A stretch of 64,000 nucleotides of DNA. Source: Candidatus Bathyarchaeota archaeon (GTDB lineage Archaea; Thermoproteota; Bathyarchaeia; Bathyarchaeales; Bathycorpusculaceae). The stretch spans positions 320,001-384,000 of the forward strand of contig CAWHDT010000001.1 in the NCBI GenBank assembly GCA_963828195.1, given 5' to 3'. The position numbers were made by a program, and so were the translations under genes. Shown piece by piece: positions 9,845 through 18,485 of the stretch; within the stretch, counting starts at the first letter, position 1, and each line of letters opens with the position of its first letter. A model generated the notes under the pieces. It had not been told where the DNA came from. It did no database searches and saw only the letters and a list, made by a program, of their open reading frames with translations.

Positions 9845-10215
9845 GTTTTTCGCCTTCTAACAAAGAAGTGTCGCCAAAACGTGCTTTATTCGTGCAAACA
9901 TTGCTGCTCGTTGGCTATTCTCCTCACCACTAACATGATAGTTGGCTGGGTTAGAAACCTTTCGCAACCGGTCAGAGTCCTTGCCATCCTGTTCAGTGGC
10001 ATAAAACCAGAATTTGATTTTACAAAGGTGTGCGCACCTCAGCTGGCGGGCATGTTGCGCTCAACTTCAAAATTTGGGGTCCAAGTAAAATTCTGTGCAT
10101 TACAAATGCACAAGTTTGTATTTCAATAATGCACACTTTCTCCTGTGAGAACTCGGAAATTAATCTGCCAGTCAGGTTGCTCCAGTTGATATAAAAAATT
10201 TTATGAAAGACCCTT

Positions 10216-11166
10216 TTATAATTGTACCGTAACACCGGTGTGGACAAATTCTCCATAGACATCAATAAATAATGAATCTATGTTTTGTCTCGATTTTTTA
10301 TATGCCGATGCGCCTGCACAAAATGTCATTGCCACCATTACTACAATCATTGAAATGATCGCTACAGTGCTGAACTCAGGTACAGAAGTGCTTTGAGTAT
10401 TCACAGTTACTGAGCTGGCAGTCGAGTTCTCAGCTGCTCCAGTGGCATCAGTGACCTGAAGCATGACGGTCCAGTTGCCTGGTGCCATAGACTTTGAGGT
10501 TGTAAAGCTGTAGCAAGAGGAAGTTGCATTGCCAATAAGTGAATAAATGGACGTGCCTGGGGCCTCGCTGAACCATTGATACGTGTAAGGCGTAGCGCCC
10601 GTTGTGACAACGGAAGATAAATCCGAAGTCTGACCCTGAACCAAAGTGCTGGGAGAGGCTGATATGAAGGGCGCAGCCAAAGGATAGGCATCTGATACAA
10701 CCTTGACCGTGTCAGAAACGTAGCCGGTCCAAGAGTTGTCGAAGGAATTGGTCACGAAGATTTCGTTTTTGCCAGAATCATCTGTCACACCTCCTGGCGC
10801 ATCTCCTACAGGTACGGTAGCAACCACGGTATTGCTGCTGTCCGATATAACTGAAACAGTGTCATCACCGACATTGGTCACGAATATTTCGCTTTTGCTC
10901 GAATCGTAAGCTACACCAAAAGGGGAGTTTCCCGCGGGTATAGTAGCAACCACGGCATAAGTGCTATCCGATATAACCGAGACAGTGCCTGAGCCTGCAT
11001 TAGCCACGAATATTTCGGTCTTGTCCGAATCATAAGCCACTCCTTCAGGCATGTTTCCCACCGTTACCGTGGCTGTTACTCCAAGAGCATGAACAACTGC
11101 GCCTGACGAGGCAAGAACTATATTGAGCAAAATTAGAGTAGCTACGATTTTCTTCAAGTTTCCCAT
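10216..11166 (-). CDS. secreted YVTN/YncE-type beta-propeller repeat protein with Ig-like domain and PEF-CTERM anchor
   Basis: Signal peptide; 3 repeats VG..P.GVAYDS.K.EIFV.N...TVSVI; VPEFS + TM helix + KKSR. Confidence 0.85.
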   Translation of the reverse strand: MGNLKKIVATLILLNIVLASSGAVVHALGVTATVTVGNMPEGVAYDSDKTEIFVANAGSGTVSVISDSTYAVVATIPAGNSPFGVAYDSSKSEIFVTNVGDDTVSVISDSSNTVVATVPVGDAPGGVTDDSGKNEIFVTNSFDNSWTGYVSDTVKVVSDAYPLAAPFISASPSTLVQGQTSDLSSVVTTGATPYTYQWFSEAPGTSIYSLIGNATSSCYSFTTSKSMAPGNWTVMLQVTDATGAAENSTASSVTVNTQSTSVPEFSTVAIISMIVVMVAMTFCAGASAYKKSRQNIDSLFIDVYGEFVHTGVTVQL

Positions 11167-11379
11167 ACTTAGTTGTTTGCTACGTTTTCCTTATACAACT
11201 TTCGCAATTATTCTTCTGGCCTAGTTGACAACTCGACAAGTTAGCGCTTACGGCATGAAAAAATTTTCATAAGCAGCAAATAAAATTAGAAAGAAAACTC
11301 TCTAAGTGTAATAGTCGCCCAATTTTTTTTCCAGCTTTTGCAGCTCAAAAATTACTTTTCAACCATCTTTCCGACAATG

Positions 11380-11632
11380 TCACGGCGGAACTATTTCGGC
11401 GTCTGCGCAGCCGCTGCCTATTTCTGTTATTTTGATTTTTAAGTGTTCTTTGGGTTTTGCGTTGCAGATGAAGATTGGGAATCCTTTGATTTTGGCGATG
11501 CCGTCTCCTCTCGGTGTCATATCTTCTATTTCTACTTCGTATTCATCGCCAATTTCGAATGGGTAATCTATGCCTTTTCCGCGTTTGTTTTTTGCGTTTC
11601 TTGGTGCTCGTTTTTTTGGGCTAAAAGTTCAT
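11380..11632 (-). pseudogene. single TRAM-domain protein with +1 frameshift at codon 3 (not in ORF track)
   Basis: Minus strand encodes YPFEIGDEYEVEIEDMTPRGDGIAKIKGFPIFI...KIKITEIGSGCADAEIV. ATG 11632 follows GAGGAAG but is 1 nt out of frame (253 nt span). Confidence 0.75.
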
Positions 11633-11774
11633 CTTCCTCGCTTTCACAATTTGTTAATAGTAAATGAGTGTTCAAGCGCATAAGGGTTTTGTTTCGGTGA
11701 CTTGGGCGCAAAAAAGAAAAAAGCAAGCTTTACCATATTTATGGTGGTGTTGAAAGATACTTTCGGCTTTTATC

Positions 11775-12035
11775 ATGGTTCCCGTTCCAAACTACTCGGG
11801 TTACACTCAATTTTTAAGGTGCCCAAACTGCGGGTCACAAGTGCCAGCGTACTCTAACTACTGCAACATCTGCGGCGTGGCGCTGCACCAACCGATTCTG
11901 CTTAAAATCTGCCCCCGATGCAAAACCAAGATCATCGCCTCAGCTAAATTTTGCCCTGAATGTGGAAAAAAACAAGAAGCTTTGATCCCTAAGCTAAGCG
12001 CGACGTCTACGGTGAAGGCGGCAAACCATGGCTAG
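11775..12035 (+). CDS. double zinc-ribbon protein
   Basis: CPNCG, CNICG, CPRCK, CPECG. Confidence 0.8.
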   Translation: MVPVPNYSGYTQFLRCPNCGSQVPAYSNYCNICGVALHQPILLKICPRCKTKIIASAKFCPECGKKQEALIPKLSATSTVKAANHG

Positions 12036-12501
12036 CTTTCTCACGTAGCCTTTCAAGCCAGATTTGATGCTGCTGCTCCATTCGGTTTGGTCTGAGGGCT
12101 TTTCCAAGCCTTGCAATTCCGCCTCCCTGCGTCTCCTCTGAGAAGACGTTGCAGCCTTGATCAGTTTTCTGAATAAGCCAGGCATGGTAAGTGTTAAGCC
12201 CTGTGCCGTGAGCGTCCCAAGCAAGCCGTTCGTAGGGCACAAATTCAAGAACTGTAGATTCGATGGTTGCACCGAAGGTTTTCCAGCGGAACTTTGTGCC
12301 TAAAGCAAGGTCTGGGGGTTGACCGCTGAGGAACCTGATGTTTGCTGAGTTAGGGTACCATGTTGGCCAAAGTTGCGCGCGAATAAGCCATGCCCAAACC
12401 GTTTCTGGGGTGGAAGCTATCGCCAACTCATTTCGGGCGTGAACGGGACAATTTGCTGGATCATACTCGCTTGGCCAAACGACTTGATTTGTTTTAGCCA
12501 T
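12007..12501 (-). CDS. SRPBCC/polyketide cyclase-like protein
   Basis: IASTPETVW..L..A..WPTW, GTKFRWK, V.EFVPYERLAW. Confidence 0.8.
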   Translation of the reverse strand: MAKTNQVVWPSEYDPANCPVHARNELAIASTPETVWAWLIRAQLWPTWYPNSANIRFLSGQPPDLALGTKFRWKTFGATIESTVLEFVPYERLAWDAHGTGLNTYHAWLIQKTDQGCNVFSEETQGGGIARLGKALRPNRMEQQHQIWLERLREKASHGLPPSP

Positions 12502-12556
12502 TTACAAAACCTCCATAGTAATGAATTGTTTTCTTAGCTAAAAAACTTGCTAACGT

Positions 12557-14928
12557 CTAGTTAGGCTGAGTTGGTTGTGTTTGCGGCGATTGAATGCTAA
12601 ACTGTTGAAGGGGTTGGATTTTTTTCCATTCTACAACTACATTCTTTTTCAGCGACTTCTCAAACACATCTTTTTTCTTGTTTACCGCGTACTCTTCTAA
12701 AACTGGGTTCTCACGAACCGTCGCCAAAAGGGTCACGGTTTCAAGATTTACCCGGGTTTGCACTTCTTGAACTATAGATTGATGTGCAAAGTCCAAGGCG
12801 TCTGCTAAGCGCAAAATTCCAGCCAAAATCGTAACCTTACGCTTTAATTCACGGCTCAGCGACTTAAAGTTATAGTGCTTATACTGTGGAACGTTTTTGC
12901 GGTGATACCGAGCTACGTCCCCTATGACTCGTCTCTCGATAGAGGTGAATGGCAATCGGGTCTCGTTTAGAATTAAGTTTAACGATTTCTTATGGTGTTC
13001 TTTCCGTCCTTGTGACAACCCTATATCGTGGAGAATCGCTGCGCATTCGAGCCAGCAACGTTCCCTTTTGCCGAGTTTGTGTAGGTCCTGCAAGGCGTCA
13101 AAGAGTTCCAGAGCCAATTTTCCCACTTGCTCGGAATGCTGCGTGTCTGGCCAATATTTCTTTGCAACTCTTCGGGCGCTTCTACCCATCAAAGTGCATT
13201 TTCTTTCCATGTCGTTCTCTCGAGCTTTATCCTGCGCGACTATATCCTCAAGAGGTAGCCCGCGAAGCAGCATCTGGGCATAACTTTCGGGAGCTCCAAT
13301 CCTTCTAAGGTTGTCGGCTGCTGCCTCTACGTCATAGCTAACCCTTATCAGCTCTACAGAGAATGGGTTGGCAGTTATCATCGCATAGGCAGCTTGAGGT
13401 TTTCCGTCACCGGGCCTTCCCACGCTTCCTGGGTTAATTAATAAAGCCCCCTCCGCCTTTTTTGTGAATTGCTCACGTGACTGACCCAAAACAATTATGT
13501 CTGCCCCCGCGGTTTTGGCTAATTCTTGGAATTTCTCGTCTGGCGTATCATGGTCAAGCTGTTCGTTAACTGAGTCGAGGGTTTCGTGAATCATGACAAG
13601 TTTTTTGTGAGCGATTTCAAGCTCAAGCTTTGAACGCAAGGTTCGAAGATAAGTTTCATAAGCTTTTGACAAGGTCTCTCTCAAGTAGTGCAGAGCGAAT
13701 TTTTTTGGGTCTTTCCCACGGTTATTTCTGTCCAAGACTTCAAGGTCGAAATTTCCGACTATGCTAAGCGCGCTCTTCAGGTACAGCGTCTGTATGACTT
13801 CGTTAGGAAAGGCTCCGAACCCAATTATGTCGCCAGCGTTTAGAAAAACAGTTATTCCTCGGCGTTCCGCATCCTGCAGTACCGCTTCAAGAGCATTCAG
13901 GTTAGCCTGAATATCCGCCATTACCGCAATTTTCACGTAGGGATTCTCCAACTGTGCCTTCGCTCTATACGCCACGGCTGCAAACCCCGCGCTCGCATTT
14001 TTCCTCAATTCCTCAAAGACGTTTTCGCCCTTCCTTTTATCCCAAAATCTTACAAAGTTTTCGTAATGGTTTTTTCTTTTTTCCTTAATGTAGTTAAGGA
14101 ATTTAAGAAGATCCTGATTGCCCTCAGCAATCGCTTTTTCGTTATGTATTTCATTTATGAATTTTGGAATCTGCTCGATCCACACGTCGCAGTCGTGCAT
14201 TTCGCCAAGCGTGTCCTGAAAATTCTTCATCATTTTTATTTCTTCAGAGAGTTCGTCTTGGTAGAGTGGTGCAAAAGTTTCCATTGTGTATCGGAGCCAT
14301 TTGGCTCGAATGCGCATTGCATGATGTTTAAGAACTTCGTTTTCCTTGTGGACGTACTCTTCCATGGATATGAACTCGTCAAGTTTTGGGGATATCTGCC
14401 AGAAGGCTTTTTCGCGAACAGCGAACAAGTCAAACGAGGTGCTTGTGGTTTCTTTAACGATTTTTTCGCAGTAATAGGCTGTTTGCTGCAAAACCCTTGA
14501 CTCTTCAAGCTCCTGCAACCCGCCAATTATGTTTGATTGCATTTGAGCTCTTTGGTCGATGTACGACTCAAGAAGGGCATCCATCCCCGTTTTGGGCTCG
14601 ATAGGTGAAAGCCGTTCAATATAGTCTTTTATAACGGAGATTTGCACGTCCAAATCTCTTGCGCTGCCTAAGAACTGAGTAACTTTCTTGATTTCGCTTA
14701 GCCATTTTTTGTAGCTTTTTTTGGAAAGCATTCTTTGAAAAGAGGCATGGTGGCTCTTATTCTGCGGGAGGTGACCCGCATTTTATGGACGTATTCTATG
14801 TCTTCGCTTTTTTCAACCCCCGCGATTTGGGCTTCAATGGTTTGAAGAAGTTTCGCAAGGGCTTCAGCTCCGAAGCGGCAGTAGTTAGAATCAGTCGAGG
14901 TACCGTTAAGGTCGAGGCGAGTATTCAT
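12557..14928 (-). pseudogene. CHAD + metallophosphoesterase-like + HD fusion, split by a frameshift at an A7 run (14716-14722)
   Basis: ORF 14698-14928 (CHAD start, HKMRVTSRR) joins ORF 12557-14731 if one A is added, and is then collinear with the paralogue at 18470-20809. Could be a pseudogene, a recoded gene or a sequencing error. Confidence 0.75.
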
Positions 14929-15139
14929 AACAAATTCATCGATATAGTAAGCTACTTATCAAGTTTCTTCTTTCTTTTTAATCCAGCATAACTCACACAA
15001 AACACTCAAAAAAGCAGCTTTCGTGAAAATAGCACTCGCTCGTTCGTTGGAATCTATAGACCATGCGCATTATGCTATATAGTTGCCGTCTCATCTACAT
15101 TGGAAATAGTTAAATCTCTCCTATGATTCCTAGTGAATT

Positions 15140-15739
15140 ATGAATTCTAAAACTTTAATCGAAACAGGTTTCTGCGAATGGGTCCCGCTGAAAACGTTAA
15201 CAGTGTCAAATTTGCCTTCAGATAAAGGTAGTGTCATCGTGATTGTGGATAAAGAGCTATCTGGAAAACCAGAATCAGATATTCTATACATAGGGCGAAC
15301 AAAAAAACCCGCTAAAAGAATTATGGGCGGGTATTTGGCAGGGTATGGTGGAAAAAACACCCAGAAAATCAACCAAATGCTTTTCGACGAAGGTTACATA
15401 GAAAAAGCCGCCATAAGCTGGATCGTAACCGACAAACCAAGAATCATGCAGGAAGAGCTGCTTGCCAAATTCAAAGAAGATCATGGTGGCTTTCCAATTT
15501 GGAACGCCAAAAAGAAACTCAACGTTAAGCCTGAAAAAGCTCCAGTTCTAAAGCCTAAAGCCGCTCCGAAAGCTAAAGCTGCTCCAGCAAAAGTCGTTCC
15601 AAAACCAAAGATTGCGTCAGCAAAGAAACCCGCGGCAAAAAAGGAAACCCCAACTAAAGCCGAGATGGATAGCAAAGGGGAAACTGTCCCAGAAACGCCC
15701 GAAAAGGCAAAAACTTCAGATACTCAAATGGCAACTTAA
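15140..15739 (+). CDS. GIY-YIG-like N-terminal domain with Lys/Ala/Pro-rich histone-H1-like tail
   Basis: ILYIGRT...R motif; tail KPKAAPKAKAAPAKVVPKPKIASAKKPAAKK. Confidence 0.65.
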   Translation: MNSKTLIETGFCEWVPLKTLTVSNLPSDKGSVIVIVDKELSGKPESDILYIGRTKKPAKRIMGGYLAGYGGKNTQKINQMLFDEGYIEKAAISWIVTDKPRIMQEELLAKFKEDHGGFPIWNAKKKLNVKPEKAPVLKPKAAPKAKAAPAKVVPKPKIASAKKPAAKKETPTKAEMDSKGETVPETPEKAKTSDTQMAT

Positions 15740-15763
15740 AACCAAGGCTCTCCGCCAACTCTC

Positions 15764-15783
15764 TTTTTCCTCCCTTTTTCTTT
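15764..15783 (+). terminator. pyrimidine/T-tract archaeal terminator
   Basis: TTTTTCCTCCCTTTTTCTTT just after stop at 15739. Confidence 0.4.
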
Positions 15784-15967
15784 GGGGAAAGTGAGCGTCC
15801 TACTCTTTCAAGAGCCGTTTTTTAAATATGACCATTATTTTTTTGCCGGTTAGAATAGAATACCCGTTTGGTCTGTTTTTAGTTTGTTGCTTAGTTGACT
15901 TACCGCACTCTTAGACACAGTAGCTATTATTAGGCGGCGCAGCTTATTTTCAGTGAGGCTGTTTTAA

Positions 15968-16870
15968 TTGTCGATGGATTCGGAAGATTTCAAGGTGCCG
16001 ACTGGAAAAAAGATTAGTTTAAAGGATTTTGATCCTGCTTGGATTCCGAAATGGGCTGAGAAAAAGGAAGCTGAAGAGGGCAAAAAAGCAACAAAAGATC
16101 AGGGGTCAGCTATTCTTGAGGCGAACAGGCAGAAACTCGTTGAGATGCAGGCGCTGTTTTGGGCAAGTCACACCTATGCTATACTGATTATTCTGCAGGG
16201 GATGGATGCAGCGGGAAAAGACGGTACGATAAGTCATGTGCTGTCCGGAGTTAACCCTCAGGGCTGCCAAGTTACGGCTTTTAAACAGCCGTCTGAGGAA
16301 GAACTGAACCATGATTTCTTATGGCGCAACGCTAAAGCTCTTCCAGAAAGGGGGATCATCGGAATTTTTAACCGATCGTATTATGAAGATGTGTTGATTG
16401 TTAAGGTGCGCCCGGAGGTTTTGGGACGAGAAAAGCTGCCGTTTGAAGCCGAAGGAACGGCGTTTTGGGATCAGCGGTACGAGGATATTAACATGTTTGA
16501 GCGGCACCTAATTCGAAGCGGCACAGTGGTCTTGAAGTTTTTCTTGAATGTTTCAAAAGACGAGCAAAAGCAGCGTTTCCTCAAACGGCTGGAAGATCCC
16601 ACAAAAAACTGGAAGTTTTCGCCAACTGACCTGTCCGAACGCTCTAAATGGGCTGATTACATGGATGCGTACGAAGACATGGTTAATGAAACCAACACAA
16701 AATGGGCACCGTGGTACATTATTCCCGCGGACAAAAAATGGGTTACCCATGCCTCGGTGTCTGAGGTTATAGTTTCGCAAATCGCTAAGCTGGATTTGAA
16801 ATATCCCGCATTGAGCAAAGAGCAGAAGGAAGCTTTGGAAAAGGCTAAGGCTGAACTGGAAAAAGAATAA
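15968..16870 (+). CDS. ppk2: polyphosphate kinase 2 family (class III-like)
   Basis: Walker A QGMDAAGKDG; FNRSYYEDV; KNWKFS; PWYIIPADKKW. Start may be ATG 15974. Confidence 0.93.
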   Translation: MSMDSEDFKVPTGKKISLKDFDPAWIPKWAEKKEAEEGKKATKDQGSAILEANRQKLVEMQALFWASHTYAILIILQGMDAAGKDGTISHVLSGVNPQGCQVTAFKQPSEEELNHDFLWRNAKALPERGIIGIFNRSYYEDVLIVKVRPEVLGREKLPFEAEGTAFWDQRYEDINMFERHLIRSGTVVLKFFLNVSKDEQKQRFLKRLEDPTKNWKFSPTDLSERSKWADYMDAYEDMVNETNTKWAPWYIIPADKKWVTHASVSEVIVSQIAKLDLKYPALSKEQKEALEKAKAELEKE

Positions 16871-16901
16871 AACAAAAACAGTGCATTTGGAGGCTGCCTA
16901 T

Positions 16902-18485
16902 TTACTGGGCACTCTGCGTAACCGTGCATTTAGCCTCTAGCTGCTTCTCGAAGGCTTCATAGAAAGCCTGCCGATTCTGTATGATGCTCCACTCTTCAAG
17001 GCTGCAGTCAGAGTCTGAGCAAAACGAAAGCAGTATCTGGTCTTTGTTGACTTTGACGAATTCTACGTTCTTTACTAGTCCGCTGTGGCTTCGATCAAGC
17101 TTTTCTGCGAATCGGAGAAACGTTGAAAGAATGGCGATAGTCTCGTTGGTTTTTTCGTCTAGTCCTGTGATTTTCAACGCTTTTTTGGAAGGTAACTTTT
17201 TCCTGTGGAAACGTGCTATGTTAGCTATTATCTGGATTTCTTTTGGGTCAAAACCAAGAAGCTCAGCGTGGCAAATGATATAGTGGGAATGAAGCTGATG
17301 ATCGTTAAAAGATAGAAAATCGCCGACATCATGCAATGTTGCAGCATGCTTCAAGAGCTCTTTCTCCGTCTCACCCAGATTGTGTAGCCCAATTTTTTTT
17401 GCGCTATCAAAAAGCTGCAGCGCCAAAGAAGCCACAGTTTCCGAGTGTTTCTCATCAAAGTTGCATGATCTGCCTAAATGCAAAACGCTTCTGTTCCTCA
17501 TAGGCGCCTTTTGTAGCTGTCGGAAGCCCTTAAACTTCGATAAATATTCAACAAGCAGACCATCCCGCAGTTCTCTGTGAGTGATGCAGATTTCTTCCAA
17601 ACCGAACTCTTCCATGATCGCCTCAATTATGGCTGCTCCGGCAATTAAGATGTCAGCTCGATAAGGGTTAATTGCAGGTAGTTTTTTTCTTTCTTCAAGA
17701 GGAAGCGAGTAGAGAATCGGCGCTAACTTTTTGAGGTTCTTCCTTGATAGAGTGAGAACGCCTCCGTTGCCGTTTTTCTTGAAAAGTTTGTTGGCGATTT
17801 CCGCGAGGTTTATGACTGTGCCTGAGGAACCCCACGCCCGCCTGACGCCGTACTTGAGGACTCTTGCTTTAACCGCATGGACCTTTTGGCTAGAGTAATT
17901 TTTTATTTCCTCGTACACGCCGCTTTCTATGGGTCCAGTCCAGCCTTCGCCGATGAATTGAGATGTCAGCCTAATTGCCCCCAACTTAAGACTGTTCACG
18001 TAAAAGCATTCATGCTGATTTCCAATGGCAATTTCGGTGCTGCCGCCGCCTAAATCTATGAAAATAGCTTTTTCTTCGCCTATGTCTATTCCGCTTGAAA
18101 CGCCCAGCCAAATCAAGCGGGCTTCTTCTTGTCCCGAAATCACATCTACTTTGAGTCCTGTTTCCTTGAAAAGTTTCTGAAGAAACTCCGATCGGTTTAG
18201 CGCTTCCCGAATGGCTGAGGTTCCCACGGCTATTATTTCAGTGGCGCCATAAGTTTTGGCTAAGTCAGCGAATTTTCCACAGACAAAAATGGCGCGTTCC
18301 ATGGCTTCTGGTCTTAGTATGCTGTCTTTGAATTCTTGTTCGCCGAGTCTGATAACTTCTTTTTCTTGGCTGATGATAGTGTAAGAGAAATTAGGGTTTA
18401 TCCTCACTACTAAAAGGCGCACTGCGTTTGTTCCAATGTCGACGAACCCGACTACGTTTCCAACAGTTTTCACCGTTGCTTCCAT
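16902..18485 (-). CDS. ppx: exopolyphosphatase Ppx/GppA family with C-terminal HD domain
   Basis: DIGTNAVRL, TSAIREA, SGQEEARL, DLGGGSTE, LRDG, LHDVG. Confidence 0.93.
   Translation of the reverse strand: MEATVKTVGNVVGFVDIGTNAVRLLVVRINPNFSYTIISQEKEVIRLGEQEFKDSILRPEAMERAIFVCGKFADLAKTYGATEIIAVGTSAIREALNRSEFLQKLFKETGLKVDVISGQEEARLIWLGVSSGIDIGEEKAIFIDLGGGSTEIAIGNQHECFYVNSLKLGAIRLTSQFIGEGWTGPIESGVYEEIKNYSSQKVHAVKARVLKYGVRRAWGSSGTVINLAEIANKLFKKNGNGGVLTLSRKNLKKLAPILYSLPLEERKKLPAINPYRADILIAGAAIIEAIMEEFGLEEICITHRELRDGLLVEYLSKFKGFRQLQKAPMRNRSVLHLGRSCNFDEKHSETVASLALQLFDSAKKIGLHNLGETEKELLKHAATLHDVGDFLSFNDHQLHSHYIICHAELLGFDPKEIQIIANIARFHRKKLPSKKALKITGLDEKTNETIAILSTFLRFAEKLDRSHSGLVKNVEFVKVNKDQILLSFCSDSDCSLEEWSIIQNRQAFYEAFEKQLEAKCTVTQSAQ

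Noticed and set aside
11621-11623. Pyrrolysine readthrough of the TAG in the TRAM gene
   Set aside because: Readthrough stays in the wrong frame; a 1-nt indel is needed
11443-11667. 74-aa + strand ORF in the track
   Set aside because: Antisense shadow of the TRAM gene
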